Of a DNA stretch of 64,000 bases, positions 1 to 9,992 are shown in pieces (within the stretch, counting starts at the first letter, position 1; each line of letters begins with the position of its first letter). The notes beneath the pieces are model-generated. The model worked only from the letters and a program-made list of their open reading frames with translations, had not been told where the DNA came from and made no database searches. The position numbers and the translations under genes were made by a program. This DNA comes from Candidatus Multivoradales bacterium (GTDB taxonomy: Bacteria > Acidobacteriota > Thermoanaerobaculia > Multivoradales > J023). The stretch spans positions 1,248,001 to 1,312,000 of the forward strand of contig CBDFLE010000006.1 in NCBI GenBank assembly GCA_965248925.1. The letters run 5' to 3'.

Positions 1-2031
1 CTCGCGACTCTCGCCAAAACGCCGCCGCAAACCGATTTCAGCCAGCCGATCGAGGGCTGCCCGATAGGCTACCCGGTAGAGTTCTCCGGCGCCTACGAAG
101 CGAGGTGCGACCCGGCGGTAGAGCTTGACCAAGGCCGCCGCCAACCCCAGCAGCAAGGCCAAAATCCCCAGCCAACGGGCCCAACGCCGCAGATTGAATG
201 CCGCCGCCAACTGATCTTCTTCGAGCGGCCGCCGAGCCTGGCGCATCATCTCGCCAAGCATCCGCTGCAATGCCTGATCGGGGTCTTCGACCGCATCATC
301 CAGAGTCCGCTCAGGAGCAAGGTCGACCACCACCCAACCAACTCCTTCGAGGTAGATCTCAGGCCAGGCATGGGCATCGGCTCCGCGGATCATCACCGCC
401 GAGCCACCCCCACGCGCCGCTTCGGCAACGGCATAGCCCGAAGCCACTCGCGCCGGCACTCCCAAGGTGCGCAGCAGGTAGGTGGCGGCGTGAGCGAAGT
501 GGACACAGTAGCCGGTGAGGTCGCCAAAGAGGAACGAGGCCGCTGGATCGGCGGCGCCGGCATGTTTGGAGTTCAGGCTGTAGATCCCCTCGCGATCGAG
601 ATATGCCTTCACCGCCAACGCCTGTCCCAGCGGATCGTCGCGATAGTCCTCGTGCAAAATCGAGGTCATAGTCGCCGCCAGCTCGGCGTAACGCGGATCG
701 TTCGGCGCCTCGGTGTAATGCCGCCAAACCTGCTCGTCCCAATCCGCCGCCCCCGGTCGCTGGCCAAGCATCTCCTGATAAGGCAAGACCTGGACATGCG
801 ACACCGCCTCGAAAGCCCGCTGAAAACGCATCGTGCTCGGATTGCGACTCGGCCGCAGCTCGACCGGCGAATCGAGGGCAAACGGCTTGACGTGATCGAC
901 CAACAAGCCCGTGCTGGTGTGCAAAGCGCGGCGCTGCTCAGAGAGAGGCGGTGCGTGATCGAGGCGCAAGACGGAACTGGGAAAATAATGCACCACATCC
1001 AGATCGACATCGTCGCGGGTGGCCTGCACCAGGCGTCGGCCGTTGTATTGCGAGAACACCGCCTGGCGGAAATAGTAGACCCCGGAAGGAGGTGCATAGT
1101 CGTCGTGTAGCACCACCACCGCCACCGGCGACTGCCGACCGTCGCTCTGATATTGATCCTTGAATTGCAGATCCCCTAGTTGCGGCAGGCTCTGGCCGCC
1201 GCGTTCGCGCCGTTGGCCGCGGCCCCCTTCCCCGGGCTCTGCCTCGGCCGGATCGCCGGTCAAGCCCAGACCACCGCCGGCACTCGGCCCCGGTAAGTCC
1301 TCCGGCCGCACCAGCAGAAGGAAAGCCAGCGCCACCAAAAGCAACGGAAGAAAATGCAACAGCAAACGGCGGCCTGAACTCGTCGTCTCCGAATCTTCAA
1401 GCTGCCGACCAGCGGCCACCCAAGGCAACGACCCGGCAAGAGTGCCGGCTTCGACGACCCCACCGCGTCGACCCCGCCGCAACAACAAGGCCGCCAATAC
1501 CAGGCTGCCGAGACCCCCCAAGGCCAAGAGTGGTAGTTCCGGTGACAGGCCACGGCTCCACGCCCAATCGCCGAGCCACAGCGGCCGATGCAATTTGAGA
1601 TCGCGGTGAGCGGCGACGCTGGCGACCAACGCCACCCCCACCAGAATCACCTCCAGCACCGCCATCGACGGTCGCCGCGCCGCCACCAGGCGCAACGCCA
1701 GCACCCCCGGCAGCAGCAAGGCTAGCCAGAGCATGGCCTCGCCCGCCGCCAGAGCCATCACCGGCCCGGCCAGCTCGGCCGGCCAGGAGGCACGAACCCA
1801 CCACCGCGCAACCACCACAGCGAACACCGCAGCGGCCAAGGCCAGGCTCAGCACCGAGGCGGTACGCAACCGACTACGACTCAGTCGGTCGCCGGCCAAG
1901 GCACCGATCAGCGCTCCGAGAACCGCCGCCATCACCCCCGCGCCAACGCTCAAAGGCCAGCTCATGACCCCCGCGGCCAGCCCCAGGATCGAAGCTCGCA
2001 GCAGCGACACCAGGCGCGGACGCCGGTTCAT
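1..2031 (-). CDS. Transglutaminase-like domain membrane protein (TgpA-like); runs off the left edge
   Basis: Not in the ORF track because its stop lies outside the window. Manual translation around 540-290 gives GYCVHFAHAATYLLRTLGVPARVASGY...AHAWPEIYLEGVGWVVVD (Cys-His-Asp transglutaminase core). ATG at 2031 is in the same frame and overlaps the DUF58 stop (ATGA). N-terminal region is hydrophobic. Confidence 0.88.
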   Translation of the reverse strand, partial: MNRRPRLVSLLRASILGLAAGVMSWPLSVGAGVMAAVLGALIGALAGDRLSRSRLRTASVLSLALAAAVFAVVVARWWVRASWPAELAGPVMALAAGEAMLWLALLLPGVLALRLVAARRPSMAVLEVILVGVALVASVAAHRDLKLHRPLWLGDWAWSRGLSPELPLLALGGLGSLVLAALLLRRGRRGGVVEAGTLAGSLPWVAAGRQLEDSETTSSGRRLLLHFLPLLLVALAFLLLVRPEDLPGPSAGGGLGLTGDPAEAEPGEGGRGQRRERGGQSLPQLGDLQFKDQYQSDGRQSPVAVVVLHDDYAPPSGVYYFRQAVFSQYNGRRLVQATRDDVDLDVVHYFPSSVLRLDHAPPLSEQRRALHTSTGLLVDHVKPFALDSPVELRPSRNPSTMRFQRAFEAVSHVQVLPYQEMLGQRPGAADWDEQVWRHYTEAPNDPRYAELAATMTSILHEDYRDDPLGQALAVKAYLDREGIYSLNSKHAGAADPAASFLFGDLTGYCVHFAHAATYLLRTLGVPARVASGYAVAEAARGGGSAVMIRGADAHAWPEIYLEGVGWVVVDLAPERTLDDAVEDPDQALQRMLGEMMRQARRPLEEDQLAAAFNLRRWARWLGILALLLGLAAALVKLYRRVAPRFVGAGELYRVAYRAALDRLAEIGLRRRFGESRE

Positions 2032-3341
2032 GCCAACACCCCCAGGGCACGGCGCCGATCCTCACCAAAAGAGCGGCCGGTCACCCGGTCGACCACCACC
2101 GCCGGGCAAGCCGCGCCGCTCAGCGGGCGCAGAACTTCGGTAATCTCTCGCACCGAGCTGCCGAGGCGTGGCGCGGCGGTCCACAGCAATCGCTGCCACA
2201 GGGCTCCTGGCCGATTCTGCAGCACTCCGTCAGTGCCGAGAACGAACGACAGTCTTCCCGGGCGCGCCCGCGCCGCCGCCAGCGCCGCCTCGGTCCAGGC
2301 GCCGCGACGGGCAGCGGCGAAGACAATGCAGTGAATCTCACCCCGAGCGGCAGTTTGTTCGAGAAAGCTAGCCAGCCCTTCCCCCCCATCACCACTCCAG
2401 CTCGCCGACCGGGCGAGCGCTTCGAGGGCCGGCTCAAGGCTGTCGATCACCGCCGACGTACCATCGGCACCGAACAGCCAGCCCTCGCCCAAAACACCGC
2501 TTTCGAGCGCCACTCTGGCGGCCGCGGCGGCGGCTTCATCGCCCTCGCCAGCAGCCAAATAGGCCACCGTGCGCCGCGACCGGGCAACGCTACGCTCGGG
2601 GGTGCGCACATGCAGCTGACGGGTTCGGGCGTAGGTCTTCCAGAGCACGAAACGCAGCGGATCGCCCGGTGCATAGCGGCGGAATTCCATACGGTCCCCT
2701 TCCGGCTCTCCTGCCGGATGAGGCAGCCCCTCGCCAGCGGCCATCGACTGGATCGTGTCGAGGCGCCGCAGCCGGCCCACATTGGGCAGCACGGTGAGCG
2801 GCTGACCAGAGACCACCTCGCGCGCCAGCCGGCAAAGTCCGAAAACATCGTAAATCTCGAGCCGGCGGCGTACCCCGGCGACCCGCCCCCGGCGATGCGC
2901 CACCACCTCTTCTCGCAGCAGCCGACCCCGGCGGCGGCGGCGCACCTCGACCCCGGCGGGAGCCAGCCACTGCCAATCCACCTCGATCATTGGCCAAGCC
3001 GCCAAAGTCGGCAAAGAAAAGCCGGTGGTCAGCGGCGAGCCAGCTTCCAGGAGGGTCGGCTGGCCACTCTGGGCGGCGGCCAAGCTGCGACCCAGCCACC
3101 AAGCCGCGACCGAGACCAGCAGCATCGCCAGCGCCATCGTCACCAAGCCAGCGATACCCATCACTAACAACACCCGATCGAGCTTGGAAAAGCCATAGAA
3201 CCACAGCGCCAGCACACAGACCGTGGTCAGCAACAGTCCGCGTCCAGTCGGCGGCAAGCGATCCGCCCAACGACCCCAGACGCGCCGCAGACGACGCCAA
3301 AAACTGGCGGCGCGGGGGCTGGTGATAGTCGGCAATCCCAT
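2028..3341 (-). CDS. DUF58 domain-containing protein
   Basis: Two N-terminal TM segments and the motif EFRRYAPGDPLRFVLWKTYARTRQLHVR. Typical partner of a transglutaminase. Start uncertain (3341, 3407 or 3458). Confidence 0.85.
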   Translation of the reverse strand: MGLPTITSPRAASFWRRLRRVWGRWADRLPPTGRGLLLTTVCVLALWFYGFSKLDRVLLVMGIAGLVTMALAMLLVSVAAWWLGRSLAAAQSGQPTLLEAGSPLTTGFSLPTLAAWPMIEVDWQWLAPAGVEVRRRRRGRLLREEVVAHRRGRVAGVRRRLEIYDVFGLCRLAREVVSGQPLTVLPNVGRLRRLDTIQSMAAGEGLPHPAGEPEGDRMEFRRYAPGDPLRFVLWKTYARTRQLHVRTPERSVARSRRTVAYLAAGEGDEAAAAAARVALESGVLGEGWLFGADGTSAVIDSLEPALEALARSASWSGDGGEGLASFLEQTAARGEIHCIVFAAARRGAWTEAALAAARARPGRLSFVLGTDGVLQNRPGALWQRLLWTAAPRLGSSVREITEVLRPLSGAACPAVVVDRVTGRSFGEDRRRALGVLA

Positions 3342-3606
3342 ATCGATAACTTCGGCCCATCGCCGCGGCTGGATCGCCGCGAGCGGTGGACGGTGCAATT
3401 CTCGCATGGTTCGGCTGCTGCTTCGCCAGCGTCCGCGACGCTTCCCTGGACCGTCCACTTTTTCTGACAGATTTCCTGATCACCTACCGCGAATGGGTCC
3501 CGCAGACCTACCTCTGCCGTACCGCCGGGTGGCACGTACTTTGCGACTCTGGGAGCAGGGTTCCGTGCATTCCTACTCTGCCCCGCCGTCTGGAGACTCT
3601 GTCGCT

Positions 3607-5019
3607 ATGACCCGACTTGGCTTCGATTCCACCCCCCGGTCCCTAGTCCATGCCCGCTGGCGGGGAGTGTTGGCCGTCATTCACTTCGTTGGCGTGCTGC
3701 TGCCAGGGCTGCTGGCCACCACCGCTCTTGCCCAACCAGTCGGCGAGGAAGAACCCCACTTCTTTATCGAACGTCTGCGGGTCGAGGGCTTGCAGCGGGT
3801 CTCCCCCGAGCTGATCATCGCTGAGACGCTGCTCGAATCTGAGCGGGTCTACAGCGAAGGGGACTTGCGCGCCGCGATCTACCGCCTGCAGCGGCTGCCC
3901 TTCGTACTCGACGCGGACTTCACCCTCGGCCGGGGTAGCCAGCGCGGTCGCTACGAGTTGCAAATCATGGTGCGCGAGACCCGTCCTTTCTTTTTCTCCA
4001 GCACTTGGGCCACGACCTTGTTCAACAACGGCGTGCGGGAATCGCGAGACAGTTCTGACACGGAATCTTCCACCCAACTCGGTTGGCGTTTCTTCGTCGG
4101 CCGCTCGGGGGTGCTGTTCGCCGCCTTCGGGGTCGACGGCGGCAGCCTCGGCGGCGGTGCGCAGCTGGGCTTCACTCAATACGATCTGCTCGGACGCGGC
4201 ATCTTTCTCAGCCTCACCTTGGCCAAGAACGGCTGTTGCGAGACCGCTTTCCCGCTCGGCCTCGACCCGACTTTCAGCGAGTGGGATACAGACGGCGCCT
4301 TCCGCACATCGATCACCCTCGGCGTGCCGCTGAACCGCAACCAATCAATACAGCTGGCCCTCTCCAACCTCGAGAGTTCCGATCAACAAGGGCGGCGCTT
4401 GCTGCAGACCGAGCTCGGCGCGATCCTGGCCTACAACACCCTGCGCCACCGCAACATCACCCTGTCGTGGAACCTCGACACCACCGACGATCCTCTGTTC
4501 CCAAGTCGCGGCTTGGAGCTCAGCGGCGGCATCGAATTGGGTCTGTTAGAGGCCAACCTGATCGCCCAAACCGACGTCGAAAGTGATGTGCTGGGTCCGC
4601 CGACAGACCTGGACAACCGCTTCTGGCGCGCCTTCGCCAGCGCCTCCCGGCACTTTCCGCTCAACCGCCGCACCACCGCCAGCCTGGGCGCCCGCCTGGC
4701 CGCTGGGCACTCAGAGATTCGCAACCTGCCGGCTGGCCTCGGCACGACCATTTCAGCTGAGGATCTAGAGGTCATCGAACTGGCGCTGAGCAGTCGGCTA
4801 TCGGTCGATCTACTGCCGCGGCGGCGCCACCGGCGCTGGGGCGAACTGCGCTGGGAAACCAATGGGGTTTACAGCTACTCCCACCTGTCGCCGGCTTGCT
4901 TGCTGCCGCTGAGCGAACTCGAACAAGCCACCCTGACTACTTCACTGGCGCTGCGCAACCGCTGGGGAGTACTGCGCTTGGGCTTCAGCTTCGTCAGCCT
5001 GGAGAATATTTTTATTTGA
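3607..5019 (+). CDS. POTRA domain plus beta-barrel outer membrane protein (BamA/TamA-like)
   Basis: GGAG RBS before ATG 3607, signal peptide ending ALA-Q, POTRA-like IERLRVEGLQRVSPELI...LRAAIYRLQRLPFV, DTTDDPLFPSRG motif, alternating beta-strands toward the C-terminus. Confidence 0.72.
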   Translation: MTRLGFDSTPRSLVHARWRGVLAVIHFVGVLLPGLLATTALAQPVGEEEPHFFIERLRVEGLQRVSPELIIAETLLESERVYSEGDLRAAIYRLQRLPFVLDADFTLGRGSQRGRYELQIMVRETRPFFFSSTWATTLFNNGVRESRDSSDTESSTQLGWRFFVGRSGVLFAAFGVDGGSLGGGAQLGFTQYDLLGRGIFLSLTLAKNGCCETAFPLGLDPTFSEWDTDGAFRTSITLGVPLNRNQSIQLALSNLESSDQQGRRLLQTELGAILAYNTLRHRNITLSWNLDTTDDPLFPSRGLELSGGIELGLLEANLIAQTDVESDVLGPPTDLDNRFWRAFASASRHFPLNRRTTASLGARLAAGHSEIRNLPAGLGTTISAEDLEVIELALSSRLSVDLLPRRRHRRWGELRWETNGVYSYSHLSPACLLPLSELEQATLTTSLALRNRWGVLRLGFSFVSLENIFI

Positions 5020-5654
5020 ACCTTGGCCGGCCGCTAGCCGCGGCCCTTCTGCTGCTCGCTCTGGCCGCCGCCACGGTCAGCGCCGAGCCCTGTCCTGAGC
5101 CAGCCGAACCCGGTAGCCGACGGCAGATGGCCCTGCCCCAGGTGTTGAGCGAGCCCGAGGTGCGACGCAATCTCGACTCTGGCCTCACCACCACCTTCGT
5201 GCTGCGCTTGCAGCCTCGCGGTAAGGAGCCGGTGGGCGGAGCCCGCTTGGAAATACGCTACGAACCTTGGGATCAGGTCTACCACGTCCGCGCCCGGGGA
5301 AGCGATGGCGAGTCGCGCCGCCGCACCCTGCGCTCCTTCGACGAGTTACAGCTGTGGTGGCGAGCATTGCGCTTGCCGGTACTGGCGGCCGATGCCGAGA
5401 GCGAACGCCTACGCCTGGTGCTCGACGTCATTCCTTTCTCCGCCGCCGAGGAACGCGACGCCGAACGCTGGCTAGCCGGCAAACTGAGCAAGGCGGCCAG
5501 CGGCCGGCGCAACGCTGATGATGTGGGCCAGGGACGCGACGAAACCCCAGAAGCACTCAGCCAGACCCTGAATGCCCTGATCGCCACTTCGATTCGCCGC
5601 GATCCTCTACAGACCTTTCGCTGGGTCTGCGAGCCGGAGGAGGAGGGCCGATGA
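5016..5654 (+). CDS. Secreted DUF4390-like protein
   Basis: TTG start overlaps the upstream stop. Signal peptide, LDSGLTTTF and IRYEPWDQVY motifs, and position directly before an NtrY/NtrX-type pair. Confidence 0.6.
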   Translation: MNLGRPLAAALLLLALAAATVSAEPCPEPAEPGSRRQMALPQVLSEPEVRRNLDSGLTTTFVLRLQPRGKEPVGGARLEIRYEPWDQVYHVRARGSDGESRRRTLRSFDELQLWWRALRLPVLAADAESERLRLVLDVIPFSAAEERDAERWLAGKLSKAASGRRNADDVGQGRDETPEALSQTLNALIATSIRRDPLQTFRWVCEPEEEGR

Positions 5655-6907
5655 GATGGCCAGCGCGGCTGCGACGCCCCCTGCTGACGGCACTGGTGCT
5701 GGCCACCCTGGCGACCCTTGCCTTCGCTGCTTTTCAACGCCGTTTAAGCGGCGCCTGGCCGCGCCTCGACGTGCCTGACGAAGCCCTCGAACACCTCGCC
5801 GCGTCGATCGAAGACCAACGCCTGCTGGCGGAACTCGATGGCGACAACACGGCTACCTATCGTCAACGCTCGCAGGAGATCAACACCCTGAGCGGCCGGC
5901 TGCAGATCTTGGCGCGCAGCCGTGGCGAGCTAACCCGCAGTTATGACCTGACCCTGCTCGGGGTCTTCGTCATCACCTTGGCGGGGGTGGGAGCCCTCTG
6001 GGTGCTGCGCCAGGGCCGCCTCGAAGGGCGCCTCGAACACCTGGGTAACGCCCTCGAACAACTCGCCGCTGGCCGCACCGACCTCGAACTCGGAGAAAGC
6101 GGCGGTGGCACCCTAGGGCAGGTGGCACGAATGATCGAACGCACCTCGCGAGTAATGGCCAGCGACCGCCGGCGGCTGCGCTCGTTGCGCAATCTATCGG
6201 CATGGCAAGAGGCCGCCCGTCGCCATGCCCATGAGATGCGTACACCGCTGACCGCTGCCCGGTTGGAACTCATCCGCCTGCAAGAGCTGGCCGAGCAGGA
6301 TACCGGCGAGCGCGGAACAGAGGCCCGCCGAGCGGTATCGAGCGTGCTGCAAGAACTCAATCGCCTGGTCCGCTTCACCGAGCACTTCACCTCCTTCGCT
6401 CGGCTGCCGGAACCACAGACTCAGCGGGTCGACCTCGGGGCTCTGGTAGAGGAATTCAGCACTACCTTCGCTGCCGCGTGGCCTAATCTCGAGCTGCAGT
6501 TCGAGTCCCAGGACGATCTGCCAGAGAGCGGTTCCTTCACTGTCGAGGCCGACCGCGACATGTTGCGTCAGGTGTTGGTGAACCTCTGCGACAACAGCTC
6601 GCAGTCCCTCGGCCAAGACTCTGGCCGGGTCCAGCTGCGGCTCTCCCACGGCCCCTCGGACAGCATCTATCTGGAGCTTGGCGACAACGGCCCGGGCGTC
6701 GACCCGGCGGTGCGTGAAGACCTATTCGCGCCCTACACCACCACCCGCGGCATCGGCGAAGGCATGGGCCTGGGATTGGCAATTTGCAAGAAAATTCAAC
6801 TCGACCACGGCGGTGACCTGGAACTACTCGACTCCTCGGCCACCGGCACCACTTTCCGCCTCCGCTTTCCACCACCACCCTCAGCCAGCGATCAAGCCGC
6901 CAGCTGA
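5651..6907 (+). CDS. Sensor histidine kinase (NtrY-like: HAMP, HisKA, HATPase)
   Basis: Two TM helices, H-box AWQEAARRHAHEMRTPLT, N-box QVLVNLCDN, DNGPG and GMGLGL. Confidence 0.93.
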   Translation: MRWPARLRRPLLTALVLATLATLAFAAFQRRLSGAWPRLDVPDEALEHLAASIEDQRLLAELDGDNTATYRQRSQEINTLSGRLQILARSRGELTRSYDLTLLGVFVITLAGVGALWVLRQGRLEGRLEHLGNALEQLAAGRTDLELGESGGGTLGQVARMIERTSRVMASDRRRLRSLRNLSAWQEAARRHAHEMRTPLTAARLELIRLQELAEQDTGERGTEARRAVSSVLQELNRLVRFTEHFTSFARLPEPQTQRVDLGALVEEFSTTFAAAWPNLELQFESQDDLPESGSFTVEADRDMLRQVLVNLCDNSSQSLGQDSGRVQLRLSHGPSDSIYLELGDNGPGVDPAVREDLFAPYTTTRGIGEGMGLGLAICKKIQLDHGGDLELLDSSATGTTFRLRFPPPPSASDQAAS

Positions 6908-6921
6908 GCAAGGAATCAACC

Positions 6922-8343
6922 ATGAGCCTCAACTCCACCAATAACCGCCTCAGATCCGTGTTGATCGTTGAAGACGACGACAAGATCCGCGCCAACCTGA
7001 TCTTTCAAGTCCGCGACGCCGGCTACCAGCCAACCGCTGTACCCAGCGCCGAGACGGCTTTTGTCCAGCTGCGCGACAAAGCCCATGAACTACCCGAGTT
7101 GCTGCTGCTCGATGTCCGCTTGCCGGGCCTCTCAGGGGTCGAGTTGGTGCGCAGCCTGGCTGGCATCGACCGCTTGCCAGCGACCATCATCGTCTCCGGC
7201 GAAGCCTCGATCACCGAAACCGTCACCGCCCTGAAGCTCGGCGTCCATGACTTCATCGAAAAACCTTTCTCCAAAGAGAGGCTGCTGCGCTCGATGCGCA
7301 ACACCTTGGAGACCGCCGCCCTCAAACTAGAGGTCGAAACCTTGCGCTCAGCCCTCGAACCCCGCATCTTGGGGACTTCATCGGTGATCGAAAAAATGCT
7401 CCAGCTGATCGAACGGGCCGCCCCCACCGATGCCCGAGTACTGATCTGTGGCGAATCGGGGACCGGCAAAGAACTGGTCGCCGACGCCCTGCACCGGCAG
7501 AGTCCGCGCCACGGCAAACCCTTTATCAAACTCAACTGCGCCGCCGTGCCCGAACAACTGATCGAAGACGAATTGTTCGGCCACGTCAAAGGAGCCTTCA
7601 CCGACGCCCGTGGCGCCAAACCGGGCCTGTTCGAGGAGGCCGACGGTGGCACCTTGTTCCTCGACGAGATCGGCGACATGGGCTACCAGCTCCAGGCCCG
7701 CCTGCTGCGGGTGCTCGAAGACGGCCGGGTGCGGCGGGTCGGCGACACCCAGGATCGGGCGGTCGATGTGCGGGTGCTGGCCGCCACGCACCGCGACCTG
7801 CTGCAGACCGTTGCGGATGGCGCTTTTCGCGAGGATCTATACTTCCGCCTCGCCGCTCTGCCCATCGACGTGCCCGCCCTGCGCGAGCGGGAAGGCGATC
7901 TCAGGCTGCTCTTTCTGCACTTCCTCGACCACTTCAGTCGCCATCACCGGATGCGCCCACGGCAAGTCGCCGAGCCGGTGTTCGGGGTGATCAAAAACTA
8001 CGCCTGGCCCGGCAACGTGCGCGAGCTACGCAATGTCTGCGAGCGCCTGGTGGTCTTCGGCTGCGACCCGGTGACCCTTGATCAACTACCGCCAGCCCTG
8101 TTCGCCGATGGCCGCCAAGGCGATGCCAACCTGCTGCGCCTCGAGCAGACCTTCCCGCCGATCCCCCTGCGCGAACTCAAGACCCGGGTCGAGAGGGAGT
8201 ACATCGAGAGCGTGCTGCAACGCGCCCGGTGGAACTTCACCGCCACCGCCAGGCAGCTCGGCATTCAGCGCACCTACCTACACCAGAAGGTGAACACGCT
8301 GGGGATCAGCCGACCTGAGAACGGTGTCGAGGCGGAGGGCTGA
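6922..8343 (+). CDS. Sigma54-dependent response regulator (NtrC/NtrX family: REC, AAA+, Fis HTH)
   Basis: REC domain (VEDD, LLDV, KPF), Walker [30 protein letters not shown] and a C-terminal HTH. Confidence 0.95.
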   Translation: MSLNSTNNRLRSVLIVEDDDKIRANLIFQVRDAGYQPTAVPSAETAFVQLRDKAHELPELLLLDVRLPGLSGVELVRSLAGIDRLPATIIVSGEASITETVTALKLGVHDFIEKPFSKERLLRSMRNTLETAALKLEVETLRSALEPRILGTSSVIEKMLQLIERAAPTDARVLICGESGTGKELVADALHRQSPRHGKPFIKLNCAAVPEQLIEDELFGHVKGAFTDARGAKPGLFEEADGGTLFLDEIGDMGYQLQARLLRVLEDGRVRRVGDTQDRAVDVRVLAATHRDLLQTVADGAFREDLYFRLAALPIDVPALREREGDLRLLFLHFLDHFSRHHRMRPRQVAEPVFGVIKNYAWPGNVRELRNVCERLVVFGCDPVTLDQLPPALFADGRQGDANLLRLEQTFPPIPLRELKTRVEREYIESVLQRARWNFTATARQLGIQRTYLHQKVNTLGISRPENGVEAEG

Positions 8344-8390
8344 ATCTACGACCGGTCGCCCTGATTCGACCGCCCGGCAGCGCCCCATCC
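7317..8390 (+). repeat. 1,074-bp direct repeat, copy 1 (AAA+-HTH part of the regulator plus 47 bp downstream)
   Basis: Matches 40805-41878 at offset 33,488 with about 4 substitutions seen. Confidence 0.97.
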
Positions 8391-8404
8391 TCAGGAGGTT
8401 TTCA

Positions 8405-8438
8405 ACATGTTCAGGGCAACCAGACATGTTCAGGGCAA
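8405..8438 (+). repeat. Tandem 15-bp repeat ACATGTTCAGGGCAA x2 (period 19)
   Basis: Copies at 8405-8419 and 8424-8438, just inside the left island boundary, duplicating the start codon after AGGAGG. Confidence 0.85.
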
Positions 8439-8690
8439 GCAGCAAACATCCCACGGGCTTATCCTAGCTGACCTTGGTCGGCACTCTATTGCTCGCCGGG
8501 TCGGCAGCGGGAGAGGAACTTAGCTCGAGCAACGGCGAGTTGCGCGCCGCCGCGACCGGCCATCGATCGTCGGCGTGGAGGTCTGGGCGATCGATGGCCG
8601 CGGCTAGGTCGAGCAACGCGCCTTAACCGACGACCACGGCCGCTACCAGCTCTCAGAACTCCCACCGACGGTCTTCTTCGTCCGCAGATT
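8407..8690 (+). pseudogene. Degraded N-terminus of a secreted carboxypeptidase-regulatory-like domain protein
   Basis: AGGAGG plus ATG 8407. Shifted frames read LTLVGTLLLAGSAAGEE (signal-like) and IVGVEVWAIDGRG*VEQRALTDDHGRYQLSELPP, with frameshifts and an internal stop. Confidence 0.55.
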
Positions 8691-8782
8691 CCAATATCTA
8701 ACAACAGATGACCCAGAAAACGGGATCAGGCCAAAAACTATGGGCAGATTCCTAGGGAGGGGCGGTTGCAATGCAACTTCTC

Positions 8783-9292
8783 TTAAGCACCCGCTTCAAT
8801 CGCTGAACGCTCTCGCTGCCGTTCATACTCTTGCAACGCCCGGTCAGCTCTAGGGCTCCACTCTTCGTAGATATCTTGCAGAAGATCGCTCCCCACACCT
8901 TCACCGACCTGGGAATCCACGTAGGCATTCGCAATCATCTGATTGACTTCTTCGATGGAGCTCTCCAAATCAATGACCACTTGTTGCCACCTAGACTCAG
9001 TGTTAGAAATCTTGCTCCTCTGTTCGGGAAACTGCCTCTTCAAATTCTCCAGTCGATACACTTCGGTTAGCGCGTCTAAGCGAGCCTCTTCAACCTCGCG
9101 AAACTTGGATGTTAGCAAGGCAGAATTCTGCGTCACCCAGCTTATAGCGCTTTCCTTGCCCGCATTCTTTGGGTCAGGCAACGAAGTGTAGGACTTGTCC
9201 TCTTGTTGGTTACTGCCTATTGCGAGCACGACGAAAGCAACTACGCCGACCAAAGTAAGAATCGATCGAGCTGGATATAGCATCTTGGTCAT
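8783..9292 (-). CDS. Hypothetical protein with an N-terminal TM/signal and a coiled coil
   Basis: Hydrophobic N-terminus and helical heptad-like body; abuts the upstream gene. Confidence 0.7.
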   Translation of the reverse strand: MTKMLYPARSILTLVGVVAFVVLAIGSNQQEDKSYTSLPDPKNAGKESAISWVTQNSALLTSKFREVEEARLDALTEVYRLENLKRQFPEQRSKISNTESRWQQVVIDLESSIEEVNQMIANAYVDSQVGEGVGSDLLQDIYEEWSPRADRALQEYERQRERSAIEAGA

Positions 9293-9766
9293 TTAACACC
9301 TCTCCAATTTCTTGACAATCTTGAAGGCCACTAGAGCAGCCGTCGCCGAAAGCCCCAGGTCAACAACATCGAAGGTTCCAGGAACCGCCCCAAACGCCTG
9401 CCCTGCTTCTCCCGCGATAGCGAGTACTGGACCTGTCAGCATGAGTGCAACAACAAGCTTGGGAGAGGCGACGTCACACCAAAGCAACCCAATGAACATC
9501 GAGAACGAGTAGACCCAGGCCGCGTCAGGAAAAGAGTACAGAAACCACCCAGGGAAAGACACTGAGTCGAGATTGGCGGCCATCCGTCGCGCAGCCGAGA
9601 CCCAGTCGGACAAGCCAGCCATCTCGAACCAACGGAACATCACCAGCGTCTCCGTCCTCCAGAGAACGTAGACTGCGCCGCCCAATAGGATAGGCGCGAT
9701 TACGTGATTTGCAAATCTTTCGAATCGGACCCTGAGTCTCATTCTCAACCTCATGCCGCAGCTCAA
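9293..9766 (-). CDS. Hypothetical multi-TM membrane protein
   Basis: About 4 TM segments with motifs YSFPDAAWVYS and GTFDVVDL. Start may be a few codons later. Confidence 0.72.
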   Translation of the reverse strand: MSCGMRLRMRLRVRFERFANHVIAPILLGGAVYVLWRTETLVMFRWFEMAGLSDWVSAARRMAANLDSVSFPGWFLYSFPDAAWVYSFSMFIGLLWCDVASPKLVVALMLTGPVLAIAGEAGQAFGAVPGTFDVVDLGLSATAALVAFKIVKKLERC

Positions 9767-9860
9767 CCGCCGATCTGCCGACCAAAGTCGACTAGGTCAT
9801 TGAACTAGAAAGCCCGACAAACGATCACGGCACTTCACAGGAAAACGAAGCAAAGACTCA

Positions 9861-9992
9861 TTAGAACCAGGTCTTTACGGATGCAATCAGCGAGTCACCG
9901 AGATTGAGAGCGGCTGCAACAATCAGGAGAGCAATCGAAATCAAGACACATCCGCAACCCACTTGCGTACAGCTATCGTTGCTATCGCTCAT
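9861..9992 (-). CDS. Small 43-aa membrane protein (below the ORF-track cutoff)
   Basis: MSDSNDSCTQVGCGCVLISIALLIVAAALNLGDSLIASVKTWF*; ATG overlaps the upstream TGA (ATGA); single TM. Confidence 0.6.
   Translation of the reverse strand: MSDSNDSCTQVGCGCVLISIALLIVAAALNLGDSLIASVKTWF

Noticed and set aside
198-2143. Plus-strand ORFs such as 370-1110, 1160-1609 and 1733-2143
   Set aside because: Antisense shadows of the minus-strand transglutaminase gene, common in high-GC DNA.
3223-3606. N-terminal extension of the 598-aa ORF
   Set aside because: It overlaps the opposite-strand DUF58 gene; the RBS and signal peptide support ATG 3607.
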